A stretch of 64,000 nucleotides of DNA. Origin: Cetorhinus maximus (lineage: Eukaryota). Where the stretch lies: NCBI RefSeq assembly GCF_964194155.1, contig NC_135900.1, forward strand, positions 43,276,001-43,340,000, in the 5' to 3' direction. Positions within the stretch are counted from its first letter, which is position 1, and each line of letters opens with the position of its first letter. The notes below the pieces were generated by a model that did no database searches, was not told the origin of the DNA, and worked only from the letters and a program-made list of their open reading frames with translations. The translations under genes were made by a program, and so were the position numbers. Shown here piece after piece: positions 25,155-36,433 of this stretch.

Positions 25155-25565
25155 AAAAGTCTTGCGCTTACATGACCACCAGGCATTGCAAAGCGTTTTA
25201 CAGCCATATAACATGAAGTGCTTTTGGAGTATGTACAAAATGTGGCAGCCAACTTGCAAACAAAAAGCTCACACAAAGCAGCAAAATGATAATGACCTGA
25301 TAATCTGTTTTTATGATGTTGACTGAGGGATAAATATATGCCAGGGTCAACTCCTCTGCTCTTTGAAATAATGCCATGGGATATTATACACTCGAGACGA
25401 CAGATGGGACTGTGATTTAACATCTCATTTGAAAGACAGAATCTCTGACAATGCAGCATTCTCTCAGTGCTGCACTGGAGTGTCAGCCTTGATTATTGTG
25501 CTCAAGTCCTGGATAGGGACTTGAATCCGGACTTGTGGCTCAGAGGTAAAAGTGCTACCAGCTGA
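25155..25565 (-). mobile_element. DeuSINE (SacSINE1-like), near full length
   Basis: Reverse complement contains a tRNA-like head, the Deu domain and the tail TTGGCTGCC...GGCTGTAAAACGCTTTG. Confidence 0.8.
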
Positions 25566-26539
25566 CACATACTGGAGAATACTAGAGTAGAGTACAAATG
25601 CCATTTTATGCATTTTGTATTTTATGCATATTAGCTGCCAAGTGTCACTACAAAACAGAAACAACAACACTTCAAACAGTAATTTACAGATTGTGAAACA
25701 CTTGGAGGCCTCCTGAAGCTGTGGATGGTAAAAAATCATTGTAAATTGTCCCTTTCTCAAGCTTTGGAACAAATTGACAATACCAGGACTCAAAAATGAT
25801 AGTAATCCACTAGACAGAGATCAGTACATCTTGTCCCAAAGAGGCATCTTTGAGACACCAGTGATTGACCAACAAATGCATTTTAATACCCAAGCATACC
25901 TGGGGCATTTTGATCTGTAAAAAGGGAATTTGTAGCTTTTTTTTTAAATAAAGCAAACTTCCAATACCAGTGGCATCAAATAACACAAGACCATAAAGAG
26001 AAGCTGTAGGCCATTCAGCCCGCATTTAAGACCAGCCCATCAAATTTTCCCCTCACTTTATCTTAATAATACTCAGATTCACAGTACAATACATTATGCC
26101 TCAATTTACATTCTTCTTGCATGGTAATGGAATGTACTTGAATTGGAAGAAAATAACTAGTGCTATCCCACAAGGAATGTGCTGGGGCTTCACCTAGTCA
26201 CTATATTTATTAATAACTTAGATAATAAAATAGAGAGCCATATAATCCAAATTTGTAAACAGTCCAATGACTGAAAACGTAGTTCAAACAGAATTACATG
26301 GAACACAAGGTGCAGAATTAGCCCATTTTCCCAATTAGTCCATGCTGGCATTTGTACTCTACTCTAGTATTCTCCAGTCTTTCCCCAATTAACTATCAGC
26401 ATAACCCTCCATTTCCTTCTCCTACATAGGAGTATGCTAATCTAGCTTCACCTTAAATGCATTTGCTTCAAGTACTCCCTATGGGAGCAAATTGCACATT
26501 CTCATCACTCTCAGGGTAAAATTGTGTCTTCGAATTCCA

Positions 26540-26739
26540 NNNNNNNNNNNNNNNNNNNNNNNNNNNNNNNNNNNNNNNNNNNNNNNNNNNNNNNNNNNNN
26601 NNNNNNNNNNNNNNNNNNNNNNNNNNNNNNNNNNNNNNNNNNNNNNNNNNNNNNNNNNNNNNNNNNNNNNNNNNNNNNNNNNNNNNNNNNNNNNNNNNNN
26701 NNNNNNNNNNNNNNNNNNNNNNNNNNNNNNNNNNNNNNN
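26540..26739. other. Assembly gap (200 N) in RTCB intron 1
   Basis: Run of N abutting a G-rich CpG-island tract. Confidence 0.99.
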
Positions 26740-26856
26740 GGGGGGACGGAGGAGGGGGAGGGGCGAGACGCGGGGAATGATGAGGGTGGTGACGAGTAGC
26801 TTTTGCACCGCGTGTCTTTCTCTCGGTCTCTCCCTGTGCTGAGCCGCTCCAATCAC

Positions 26857-26949
26857 CTGCATGTTGGGCACAAAGCCCTTTTTGATCCTCCAACAGTTCT
26901 TGTGGATTTTATCCAAGAAACCCAGCTCATCATTGTAGCTGCGACTCAT
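26857..26949 (-). CDS. RTCB: RTCB coding exon 1 ([31 protein letters not shown])
   Basis: ATG at 26949-26947; donor CAG|GTGATT; 93 nt; matches the RTCB N-terminus. Confidence 0.97.
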
Positions 26950-27065
26950 AGCGAACACTCAGCTCACAACACCGGCCAGACCTCCACTGCGCATGAGCGC
27001 CGCACCTACGGCTCCCGCTTCAGTTCCAAACAGGCGGCGACTCGACAGCGCGCGTTTCTCTCTTT
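26950..27065 (-). promoter_or_regulatory. RTCB 5' UTR / CpG-rich promoter with NRF1-like site
   Basis: CpG-dense stretch 26740-27060; TGCGCATGAGCG at 26988-26999 resembles the NRF1 palindrome. Confidence 0.55.
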
Positions 27066-27354
27066 GACCTTTTCAAAACATTAAACAGGGTGGAGGAGGA
27101 TCCTCAGATTGAAAGCAAAGAATATATTTCCCTGCAAAAAAAAATACTCTTCAGAGTAACATTTCCGAAAACGTCCGTGACTGATTTTAAAATAAACCAA
27201 TTTAAACAAGGAGCTTTTTTTAAAAGTAAGTTGTTAAAATAGGTTATATTCGTAAATCAAAATATGTCAGACGTGGCAGATTTCCTTCAACCCCCCTGTT
27301 TTGTACTGGTCGATCTTCTGTGCTCTTTCACATAGTGGGTGAACATCAGGACTG

Positions 27355-27482
27355 GTTCTGGTCACCGACCTGAAACATTAACTCTGCTTCTCTCCACAGA
27401 TGTTGCCTGACCTGCTGAGTATTACCAGTTTTTATTGACCTGTTTTTATTTCAGATTTCCAGCATCCGCAGTATTTTGCCTT
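27355..27482 (+). mobile_element. Penelope pseudo-LTR fragment
   Basis: gaaacattaactctg...cagatgttgcctgacctgctgagt...atttccagcatccgcagta matches 16230-16335. Confidence 0.75.
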
Positions 27483-27549
27483 CATAATAAACGAAGGGTG
27501 TCAGTACGAAGTCGGTGGGACATTCTGACAAAACTATTGAATGTTGGAC

Positions 27550-28138
27550 AAAAGTAAAAAAAAATTGCAGACGCTGGAAATCTGAGATAAAAATAGAAAA
27601 TGCTGGAAAAACTCAGCAGGCCTGGCAGCATCTGTGGAGAGAGAAATAGAGCTAACGCTTTGAGTCCCTATGACTCTTCTTCAGAGCTAGAGAGAAGTAA
27701 AATGTGATGGATTTTATACCGAAGAGGGGGTGGAGCAGGTGGATCAAAATCGAAGGTCAGAGATGGGTGGGAGCTAAGGTGAAATTTGACAAAGATGTCA
27801 TGGACACAGGACAAAGGGAGTGTTAATGGTAGTGATAAAGGCTAAAGAAGGTGCTGATAGTGGCATTAGGGTAAGACAGCAGAATGTGTTAACAGCAGAA
27901 CCCTTGGGTTTAGCACTCTGAAAGCAGAACATAAAAACAAGTGACAGATGGCCCTGTGTAGGAGTGGAGAAAAAGGATTAAAAAAATGAATGAATAAATA
28001 AATTTTAAAAATTAAAAATTGGATTTAAAAAGGTAAAGATGGAGGATAGAGGTCATGTCCTGAAGCTGTTGAACACAATGTTACACCAGAAGGTTGTAAA
28101 GTGCCTAATCGGAAGATGAGGTGTTGTTCCTCCAATTT
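27550..28138 (-). mobile_element. Penelope-like element 3' end with hammerhead motif (27650-27688)
   Basis: Reverse complement of KLEEQHLIFRLGTLQP at 28090-28138; pseudo-LTR with AGCT-CTGAAGA-A-GAGTC(ATAGG)GACTC-AAAG-CGTT-AGCT. Confidence 0.8.
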
Positions 28139-28289
28139 GTTCATTTATTGTTCATTTCACCATGTTATCAAATTCTGCTTGCAGATTTCATTGGTCCTGT
28201 GAATTATTTACTCTGCCTCCAACCACTTGCTGAAAATTTCAGCAGCACTCCCCCTGCCTATATTCCAACTAATTAATGTACAGGGAATA

Positions 28290-31200
28290 GAAACAGCCCC
28301 GGATGCCAGCAAACCGAAATAGAAGACATACAATGCTACAAAGATTATTGGTAGCCGAGAAGATTGGGATAATTTTAGCAACTAGCAAAAAATGACTGAA
28401 AAAAAAATAAAGGGGGAAATCAGAGTATGAGAAAAAACTATCAAGAAATATAAAAACAGCTAATAAAAGCTTCTGTAAGTACATAAATAGGAAAGGAGTA
28501 GCTAAAGTATTGGTAGCTTGGGTAATTAATTAATGATTGGAAACAAGGCAATGGAAAAGACTTTGAACAAGTATTTTTATTAGCCTTCACAGTAGAAGAT
28601 ACAAAAAGCACCCCAAAAATAGCAGAACAGCAGAGGACAAAAGGGAGGGAGGAACCTGAAACAATCACGATCTCTAGAGAAAAGGTGCTAGGAAAACTAA
28701 TGGGACTATAAGATGGCCATAAGACAAAGGGGCAGAAGTAGGCCATTCGGCCCATTGATTCTGCTCCGCCATTCAATGAGATCATGGCTGATCTGATAAT
28801 CCTCAACTCCACTTTCCAGCCTTTTCCCCATAACCCTTGATTCCCTTACTGATTAAAAATCTGTCTATCTCAGCCTTGAATATACTTAAAGACCCAGCCT
28901 CTACAGCCCTGTGCTGTAAAGAATTTCACAGATTGACTAGCCTCTGAGAGAAGAAATTCCTCTTCTCTCTGTTTTAAATGGGTGCCCCCTTTCTCTGAGC
29001 TTATGCCCTATGTCCTAGACTCTCCCACAGCATCTACCCTGTCAAGCCCCCTAAGAATCTTATATGTTTCAATAAGGTCACCTCTCATTTTTCTAAACTC
29101 CAATGAGTACAGGCCCAACCTACTCAATCTCTCCTCATAAGAAAATCCCTCCACCAGGGATCAACCTAGTGAACCTTCTCTGGACTGTCTCCAATGCTAG
29201 TATATCTTTCTTTAGATAAGGGGACCAAAATTGTTCACAATATTCTAGGTGTGGTCTAACTAGTGCCTTGTATAGTTTTAGCAAGATTACCCTATTTTTA
29301 TACTCCATTCCCTTTGAAATCAAGGCCAACATTCCATTTGCCTTCCATATTACCTGTTGAACTTGTATGTTAACTTTTTAGGATTCATGCACAAGGACTC
29401 CCAAATCCCTCTGTGCTGCAGCCTTCTCCAGTCTTTCTCCATTTAAATAATATTCAGCTTCTCTATCCTTCCTGCCAAAGTGTATAACTTCACATTTTCC
29501 CACATTATATTCCATCTGCCACGTTTTTGCCCACTCACTTAACCTGTCTGTATCCCTTTGTCGACTCCTTGTGTCATAGTCAACACTTGCCTTCCCACCT
29601 ATTTTTGTGTCATCCGCAAACTTGGCAATGGCACATTCACTTCCCTCGTCCAAGTAATTAATATATATTATAAATAATTGAGGCCCCAATACTGATCCCT
29701 GTGGCACTCCACTAGTTACAGGTTGCATCCTAAAAATGCCCCCGTATCCCAACTCTCTGTCTTCTAATATTTAGCCAATCCTCTACCCATGCTACCCCCA
29801 ACACCATGGCCTCTTATCTTATTAAGTAACCTTACGTGCATTACCTTAGCGAACGCCTTTTGGGAATCCAAATATATTACATCTACTGGTTTCCCTTTAC
29901 CTATCCTGCTTGTTACCTCCTCAAAGAATTCTAATACATTTGTTTGGCATGATTTCCACTTCATGAAGCCATGCTGACTCTGCTTGATTAGATTATGTAT
30001 TTCTAAATGCTCTGCTATTACATCCTTTCTAATAGACTCCAACATTTTCCCAATGAGAAATGTTAAGTTAACTGGCCTATAGTTACCCGTTTTTTTGTCT
30101 CCCTCCCTTTTTGAATAAGGGAGTTACATTGGCTGTTCTCCAATCCTCTGGGACTTTTCCAGAATCTAAGGATTCTTGGAAGTTTACTACCAGTGCATCC
30201 ACTATCTCTGTAGTTACTTCCTTTAATATCCTAGGATGCAGCCCACAGGTCCAGGGGACTTATCGGCCTTTAGCCACATTAGTTTCCTTAGTACTTTTTC
30301 TTTAGTGATAGGTATTGTATTTATTTCTTCCCTGCCTTTTGCCCCTTGATTATTTAGTATTTTTGGAATGCCATTAGTACCTTCTACCACGAAGACTGAA
30401 GCAAAGTATTTTTTCAACTCCTCTGCCATTTCCTGATTTCCCCATTATTATTTCTCCAGCCTCATTCTCTAAGGGGCCTATGTTTACTTTGGCCTCTCTC
30501 TTCCTTTTTATATACTTAAAAAAGCTCTTACTGTCCGTTTTTATATTACTTGCTAGTTTCCTCTCACAGTTTATTTTCTCCCTCTTTATTATTTTTTTGG
30601 TCATCTTTTGTTGGCTTTTAAAACTTTCCCAATCCTCTGGCTTACCACTAATCTTTGCCACATTGTATGTTTTTTCTTTGAATTTGATACTGTCCTTAAC
30701 TTCCTCGATTAACCATGGTTGGTTTATCTACTTCCTTGAATCCTTCTTCCTCACTGGGATACATCTTTATTGAGAGTCATGAACTATTTTCTTAAACATC
30801 TGCCATTGTTCATCAACTGTCTTTTCTGCTAAACTGCTTTCCCAGTCCACTCCAGCCAACTCTGCCCTCATTCTCTTGTAATTACCCTTATTTAAGTTTA
30901 GCACTGTTGATTCCGACCCAAGTTTCTCACTCTCAAACTGAATGCTAAATTCTATCATATTATGGTCACTGTTTCTTAGGGGATCCTTTACTCTGAGATC
31001 CTTTATTAACCCTGCCTCATTACATGTTACCAGATCCAAAGTAGCCTGATCCCTGGTTGGATTCACAACATATTGTTCTAAGAAACTGTCCTGAACACAC
31101 TCTATGAATTCTTCCTCATGTCTACCTCTGCCAATTTGATTTTCCCAATCTACATGAAGATTAAAGTTACCCATGATTAATGTACTGCCTTTTTTACATG

Positions 31201-33810
31201 CCTTCATTATCTCCTGATTTATTCTCTGTTCTACAATATAGCTAATGTCAGGGGGCCTATAGACTACTCCCACCAGTGTCGTCTTCCCCTTGTTATTTCT
31301 TACCTCCACCCATATGCATTCTACATCTTCCGATCCAAGATCCGTTCTTGCTATCGTACCTATTCTTTCTTGTACTAATAAAGCTATCCCACCACCCTTT
31401 CCTTCCTGCCTGTCCTTTTGAAAAGTCACATACCCCTGAATATCCCAGCTTTGATCTCCCTGTAATCACGTCTCCGTAATGGCTATAAGATCATACCCAT
31501 TAACCTCTATTTGTGCCATTAATTCATTTATTTTGTTCCGAATACGACATTCATTTAAGTAAAGGGCCATTAATTTTGCCTTCTTACCGTTTTTTTCTCC
31601 CTTTGATCCTATTTGCTGCTTTTTTTTAATGTTTGTACACTCTGTCCCTTCCTGTCACATCCTGGGTATCATCATCTAAATAGCTGCCCTGCAAGGCTGC
31701 CATATCCTTTTGCTTTGTAAGCCTATGTATCCTCTTTCCAGAACCCTCCCCCGGCTCTATTTAGTTTAAAGCCCTCTCTACAGTCCTAGTTATTCGGTTC
31801 GCCAGGACACTGGTCCCAGCATGATTCAAGTGAAGCCCGTCCCATCGGAACAGCTTCCTACCCCAGTACTGATGCCCACGAACTGAAACCCATTCCCCCT
31901 ACACCAACCTCTGAGTCACGCATTTAACTCCTTGACTTTATTTACCCTATGCCAGTTTGCCCGTGGCTCAGGTAGCAATCCCAAAATTATTACCTTGGAG
32001 GTTCTGCTTTTTAATTCAGCTTGTTACTGTTCAAATTCTTTCAGCAGAACCTCCTTTCTAGTCCTATCAATATCGTTGGTACCAACATGGACGATGACAA
32101 CTGGATCCCTCCCCTCCCACTCTGAGTTCCTTTCTAGCCCTGAGGAAATGTCCTTAACCCTGGCACTGGGCAGGCCACACAGTCTTTGGGATTCGGCTGC
32201 AAAACAGTATCTATCCCCCTAATTATACTGTTCCCTACCACTACTATGCTCCCATTTCCTTCTCCCACTTGAATGGCTCCCTGTACCACGGTGCCGTGGT
32301 CAGTTCGCTCATTCTCCCTGCAGTCCCCGCTCTCATCCACACAGCTTGCAAGAACCTTGTAATTGTTGGATAGTTGCAGAGGCTGAGGCTCCTCAAACTC
32401 TACCCCCTGGGTCCCCACACCTGCAGTCACACCATCCTGCCCCTGATCACAGACCAAATTTGAATGACCTAATCTGAGAGACTAAATACTGACAAGTCCC
32501 TGGAACTGATGGTCTGCATCCTTGGGTCTTAAAAGAGGTGGCGGCAGAGATAATGGGTGCATTAGTGGTCATCTTCCAAAATTCCCTAGGTTCTGGAGAA
32601 AGTCCCAGTGCATTGGAAAACCGTACATGAAACACTACAATTCAAGAAAGGAGGGAGACAGAAAGCAGGGAACTATAGGCCAATTAACCTAACATCTATC
32701 ATTAGGAAAATGGTAGAATACATTATTAAGGAGATAGTAGCAGGACATTTAGAAAATCAATAATACAATTGGACAGAGTCAACGTAGTTTTGTGAAAGGA
32801 AAATCATGTGTGACAAATTTATTAGAGTGAGGAATGGAGAGGCAAGGTGGATTAAATTGGGAACCAGTACATGCTGTGTATTTGGATTTCCAAAAGACAT
32901 TCAATAAAATGCCACATAAAAGGTTATTGCACTAGAGAAGAGCTTACAGTGTTGGGGTGATTTGTTAGCATGGATAGAAGATAGGCTAACTCACAAGAAA
33001 CAGAGTTGGGATAAATGAATCATTTTCAGGTTAGCAAACTGTAACAAATGGAGTGCCACAGAGATCCGTGCTGGGGCCTCAACTATTTGCGATCTACATT
33101 AATGACTTGGATGAAGGGACCATTTGTATTGTAGCCAAATTTGCTGATGATACAAGGATAGGTAGGAAAGCAAGTCGTGAAGAGGATACAAAGAGTCTGC
33201 AAAGGGGTTTAGGTAGGCTAAATGAGTGGGCAAAAAATTGGTAGACGGAGTACAATGTGGGGAAATGTGAAGTTGTCTACTCTGGCAGGAAGAATAGAAA
33301 AGCAAAATATTATATAATTGGAGAGAGATAGCAGCATGCTTAATTGATTTAAGGAGGGATATACTTGCATTGGAAACAGGTCAGAGGAGATTTACTAGGC
33401 TGGTTCCTGGAGTGAAGGGGTTGTCTTATGAGGAAAGATTGAGCAGATTGAACCTATACTCATTGGAGTTTAGAAGAATGAGAGATTCTGAGGGGTTTGA
33501 CAGGGTAGATGCTGAGAGGATCCCTCGTGGTGGAATCTAGAACTAGGGGCACAATTTAAAAATAAGTGGTCTCTCATTTAAGACGGAGATGAAAATAAAT
33601 TTCTTCTCTCAGAGGGTGGTTAGTCTTTGAAATTCCCTTCCCTCGAGAGCAGTGGAAGCTGGGTCATTGAATAGATTTAAGGCTGAGTTAGAAGATTTTT
33701 GATTTACAAGGGAGTCAAAGGTTATGAAGGCAGACAGGAAAGTGGAGTTAAGACCACAATCAGATCAGCCATGGAGGTGCAGGCTCAAAGGGCCAAATGA
33801 CCTGCTAAAA
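28290..33810 (+). mobile_element. CR1 LINE (plus strand) split by a nested minus-strand CR1; pieces 28290-28708 and ~32475-33810
   Basis: ...aaactaatgggacta | gactaaatactgacaagtccc... reconstitutes KLMGLK.DKSPG.DG; RT motifs and CR1 3' end at ~33750-33805. Confidence 0.85.
28709..32470 (-). mobile_element. Near full-length CR1 LINE (ORF1 esterase part, APE, RT, 3' tail), frameshifted
   Basis: VVVGNSIIRG (esterase), GVVYRPP...SDHNMIEF (APE), SGVPQGSVLGP...KFADD (RT), KALVRPHLEYC. Confidence 0.92.
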
Positions 33811-34639
33811 AAAAAGGAACAGAACATTGTGGAATGCTGCTACTCACTTGCAATCACCCTGAAAAACTGTCTTTAATTCCTACACGATGTTCCATCCTAG
33901 CCAGTTCATAATCGAATTTACTGCGTTTCCCTTAATTCCATACCCCCTAATCTTCTGCACTAGTCTATTCTGTGGTATATTTTTAAAGGCTTCATGAATG
34001 TCCATGCACACCACATCCATTGTACTTCCCCCATCAACCATATCTGTCAGTTCCTAGAAGGCCTCTATCAGATTTGTCAAACATGATCTTCCTTTCTGAA
34101 ATCTTTGTTGACTGCTTCTAAATATTTACATAGGAGTTACAGGCAATTTAGTGCAACCAACCTATGTCAGTGTTTATCATCCACACTAGTAAATAACGCT
34201 AATCCGAATTTATCCGTCCTGTTCCCATATCCCTTCGTCCCTCATCCATCTATCCAAACTAAACATGAATTCTAACATGATTTCTGCCTCAGCCGCCTAA
34301 CTCTGTAAATGAATATACAGCCTCACAATTCTGGATAGTTGAAGTTAGGATGGGGGAGGTCATTGTTTGCATAGGTTTTGCACATTGAAAATTTCAATAA
34401 ATACTCATTAGAAGCTGCTAGGGTTCGCACAATGGTATAATTGGCATACTCCACAAGGCCAAGAGCTGCATGAAAATTTGTGTTTTTATAAGTTTCATTA
34501 ATCAAACTAGATTATTTTATAAACCATAGATAAGTGGCTGTCGCCTCAAATCACTAACTTAAAAAACGTGAGTGGTGAAAACTCTTGAGGGATTCACGTT
34601 GCAGCAGCAAAGCACTCTAACACCGAGTGATGCCGTTAC

Positions 34640-35100
34640 TGTCAATGGCGGCTTCACCAATTCATCAGAGAGATGGCTCTGAGCATGCGCGGACTCGAGG
34701 CGTTCAGCCTGCCACACGGCACTGGACCGGCCAGCGTGGGCGCAGACGCAGTCGATGGAGCTGATAGCCCCGCCCCCTCTCCTCTGGTGGGGGGCGGGGC
34801 TTGTGCCGCAGTCAGTTTGCGGGACGGGCAGTAATAATCACCATAGTGACCGGGGACAGGCGGTGGCAAATCAACCCCAGCGGAGTGTGGGCTTGGGCGG
34901 AGCGCTGCCTCGTCCCTTCCCGAGAGCTGTAAGTAACGGGGATTCGGGCAGATACAGAGTTAGGCCCTAGGAGGAGCCTGGAGCAGGCTGTGTCCCAGCC
35001 GGAATCGTGGCAACCTCAGGGCGGGCGGCCTGTGCAGCCTCCTCCCCCCACACCCCCTTCCTGGCTCAGGGCGAGCGGCCTGTGCGGGAATGTAGCTTCT
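34640..35100 (+). promoter_or_regulatory. CpG island / probable FBXO7 promoter and non-coding first exon (candidate donor GTAAGT at 34929)
   Basis: CpG-rich; CCAAT ~34657; NRF1-like GAGCATGCGCG ~34681; GC boxes CCCCGCCCC ~34768 and GGGGCGGGGC-like ~34791; CT|GTAAGT at 34928/34929. The ATG exon at 39771 has its own acceptor. Confidence 0.6.
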
Positions 35101-35529
35101 GGATGCAGAGATTGTGTGGAGCAGAGAGGGAGCAGGCAGTGTTTACATATGTAACTTCAGAATCGAAAGTGAAACTGTTTACAAGAGGTTCCAGTAAATC
35201 AGGCTGCTGCCCTTCCTTCTGCAATGTCATTCTGTGTTTCCCTCACTTGTACGTTGACGATGTAACCTGCGTTTTCTTAGCAAACGTGTATTTTGCCCCC
35301 TCGGGTCATTTCCATCCGATTTTTATCATCTTTGCTTTAATATTTCACCGATCTCTTTTAATACCAGTGTTTGTATTTTATTATAACCTGGATTTCAACT
35401 GCACACGGTATTTCAGACTTTGCTGAAAGAACAGTAATTTCTTTGTGCTGATTCCTGCTGCTGCCACTGAAGTCCAGTCCAGCAAGTCCCCAAGGGTGCT
35501 TGGAAGAAGTGGACTGTTGTAATTCACTT

Positions 35530-35908
35530 AAAAAGAAAGCCATGCATCTTTACAGGACATTTCGATGTACTTTGCAGCCAATGAAGTACTTTTTGGAAGT
35601 GTTCTTATTGTTGGGATGTAGGAAACATGGCAGCCAATTAGCACACAGCAAGCTCCTGCAAACCGCCCTGTGATGATGACCAGTTAATCTGTTTTTGTGA
35701 TTTTGCTTGAGGGATGGATATTAATGTTATAATGGGGATAATTCCACTGCTCTTCAAAACGGTGATGGGGTCTTTTACATTCACTTGTGAGGCAGTCAGG
35801 GTTTGGTTTAACAACTTGACTGAAAGATGACACCTGTGACAGTGCAGCACTCCCTCAGATTTTTGGGCCCTAAACCCACAAGAGACAAGAAAGCTACCAA
35901 CTGAGCCA
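35530..35908 (-). mobile_element. DeuSINE
   Basis: gcagccaatgaagtacttt...ggaaacatggcagccaatt...ctgctcttcaaa...cagtgcagcactccctcag...gctaccaactgagcca. Confidence 0.8.
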
Positions 35909-36433
35909 CAACATAAGGTGATGGCCATTGTCAATCACTTGTTGGTTCAAGTCTAGATGTTTGTTCTTGTTCTGGGCGGCCTGGACTACATTATATCAGG
36001 AACTGTGAATGGATCTTATAATATTTTAGAAAATATTTTTCTTTTAAAATAGAGGTTTAGCTGTGGATGTGGGTGTGTCTTAATTGGATTAAAGCCAGCT
36101 AGTTTGGGTGCTTTGAGTCCTAGCTTTGATATGTAAGAGAGAGTGTGTGCATTTCCATTTTTGGATAGAACATTCAAAAAGTGGGGTGGAAACTTGATGC
36201 CTATCTAACATATACCAAGCAATATAATTATATTGCTAATAAAATTGGGACTATGAAAGGGGTTTTATTGTTAGAGGTTTAGTTCAGAGGTTTTTGATAC
36301 AATGAAAATTAACATTCAATGGGCAGTGGTTGGTATAACAAGACAACTCTTTTGGGTGCGCAGAGCAGAGGCAATGTGAGATCACAAGGCAGCTCCAAGC
36401 CTCCAACTGGCTTCACAGGAACTAAGTGAAAAG

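Larger units (their letters stand above)
3534..26949 (-). other. RTCB: RTCB gene span (12 coding exons, 1518 nt CDS, 505 aa RNA-splicing ligase RtcB homolog)
   Basis: Exon lengths 93+79+68+100+157+157+160+176+189+111+120+108=1518 nt join in frame with GT-AG boundaries. The translation is near-identical to human RTCB as recalled. Catalytic/metal motifs FDINC, GNHY, IHSGS, SHNIA and TCHGAG are intact. Confidence 0.98.

Noticed and set aside
3534-26949. Bacterial rtcB / RNA-repair operon
   Set aside because: Spliceosomal introns and a vertebrate-type protein show this is the ordinary eukaryotic RTCB gene.
26468-26958. Long ORFs spanning the N run
   Set aside because: Artefacts of translating through the assembly gap; only 26857-26949 is coding.
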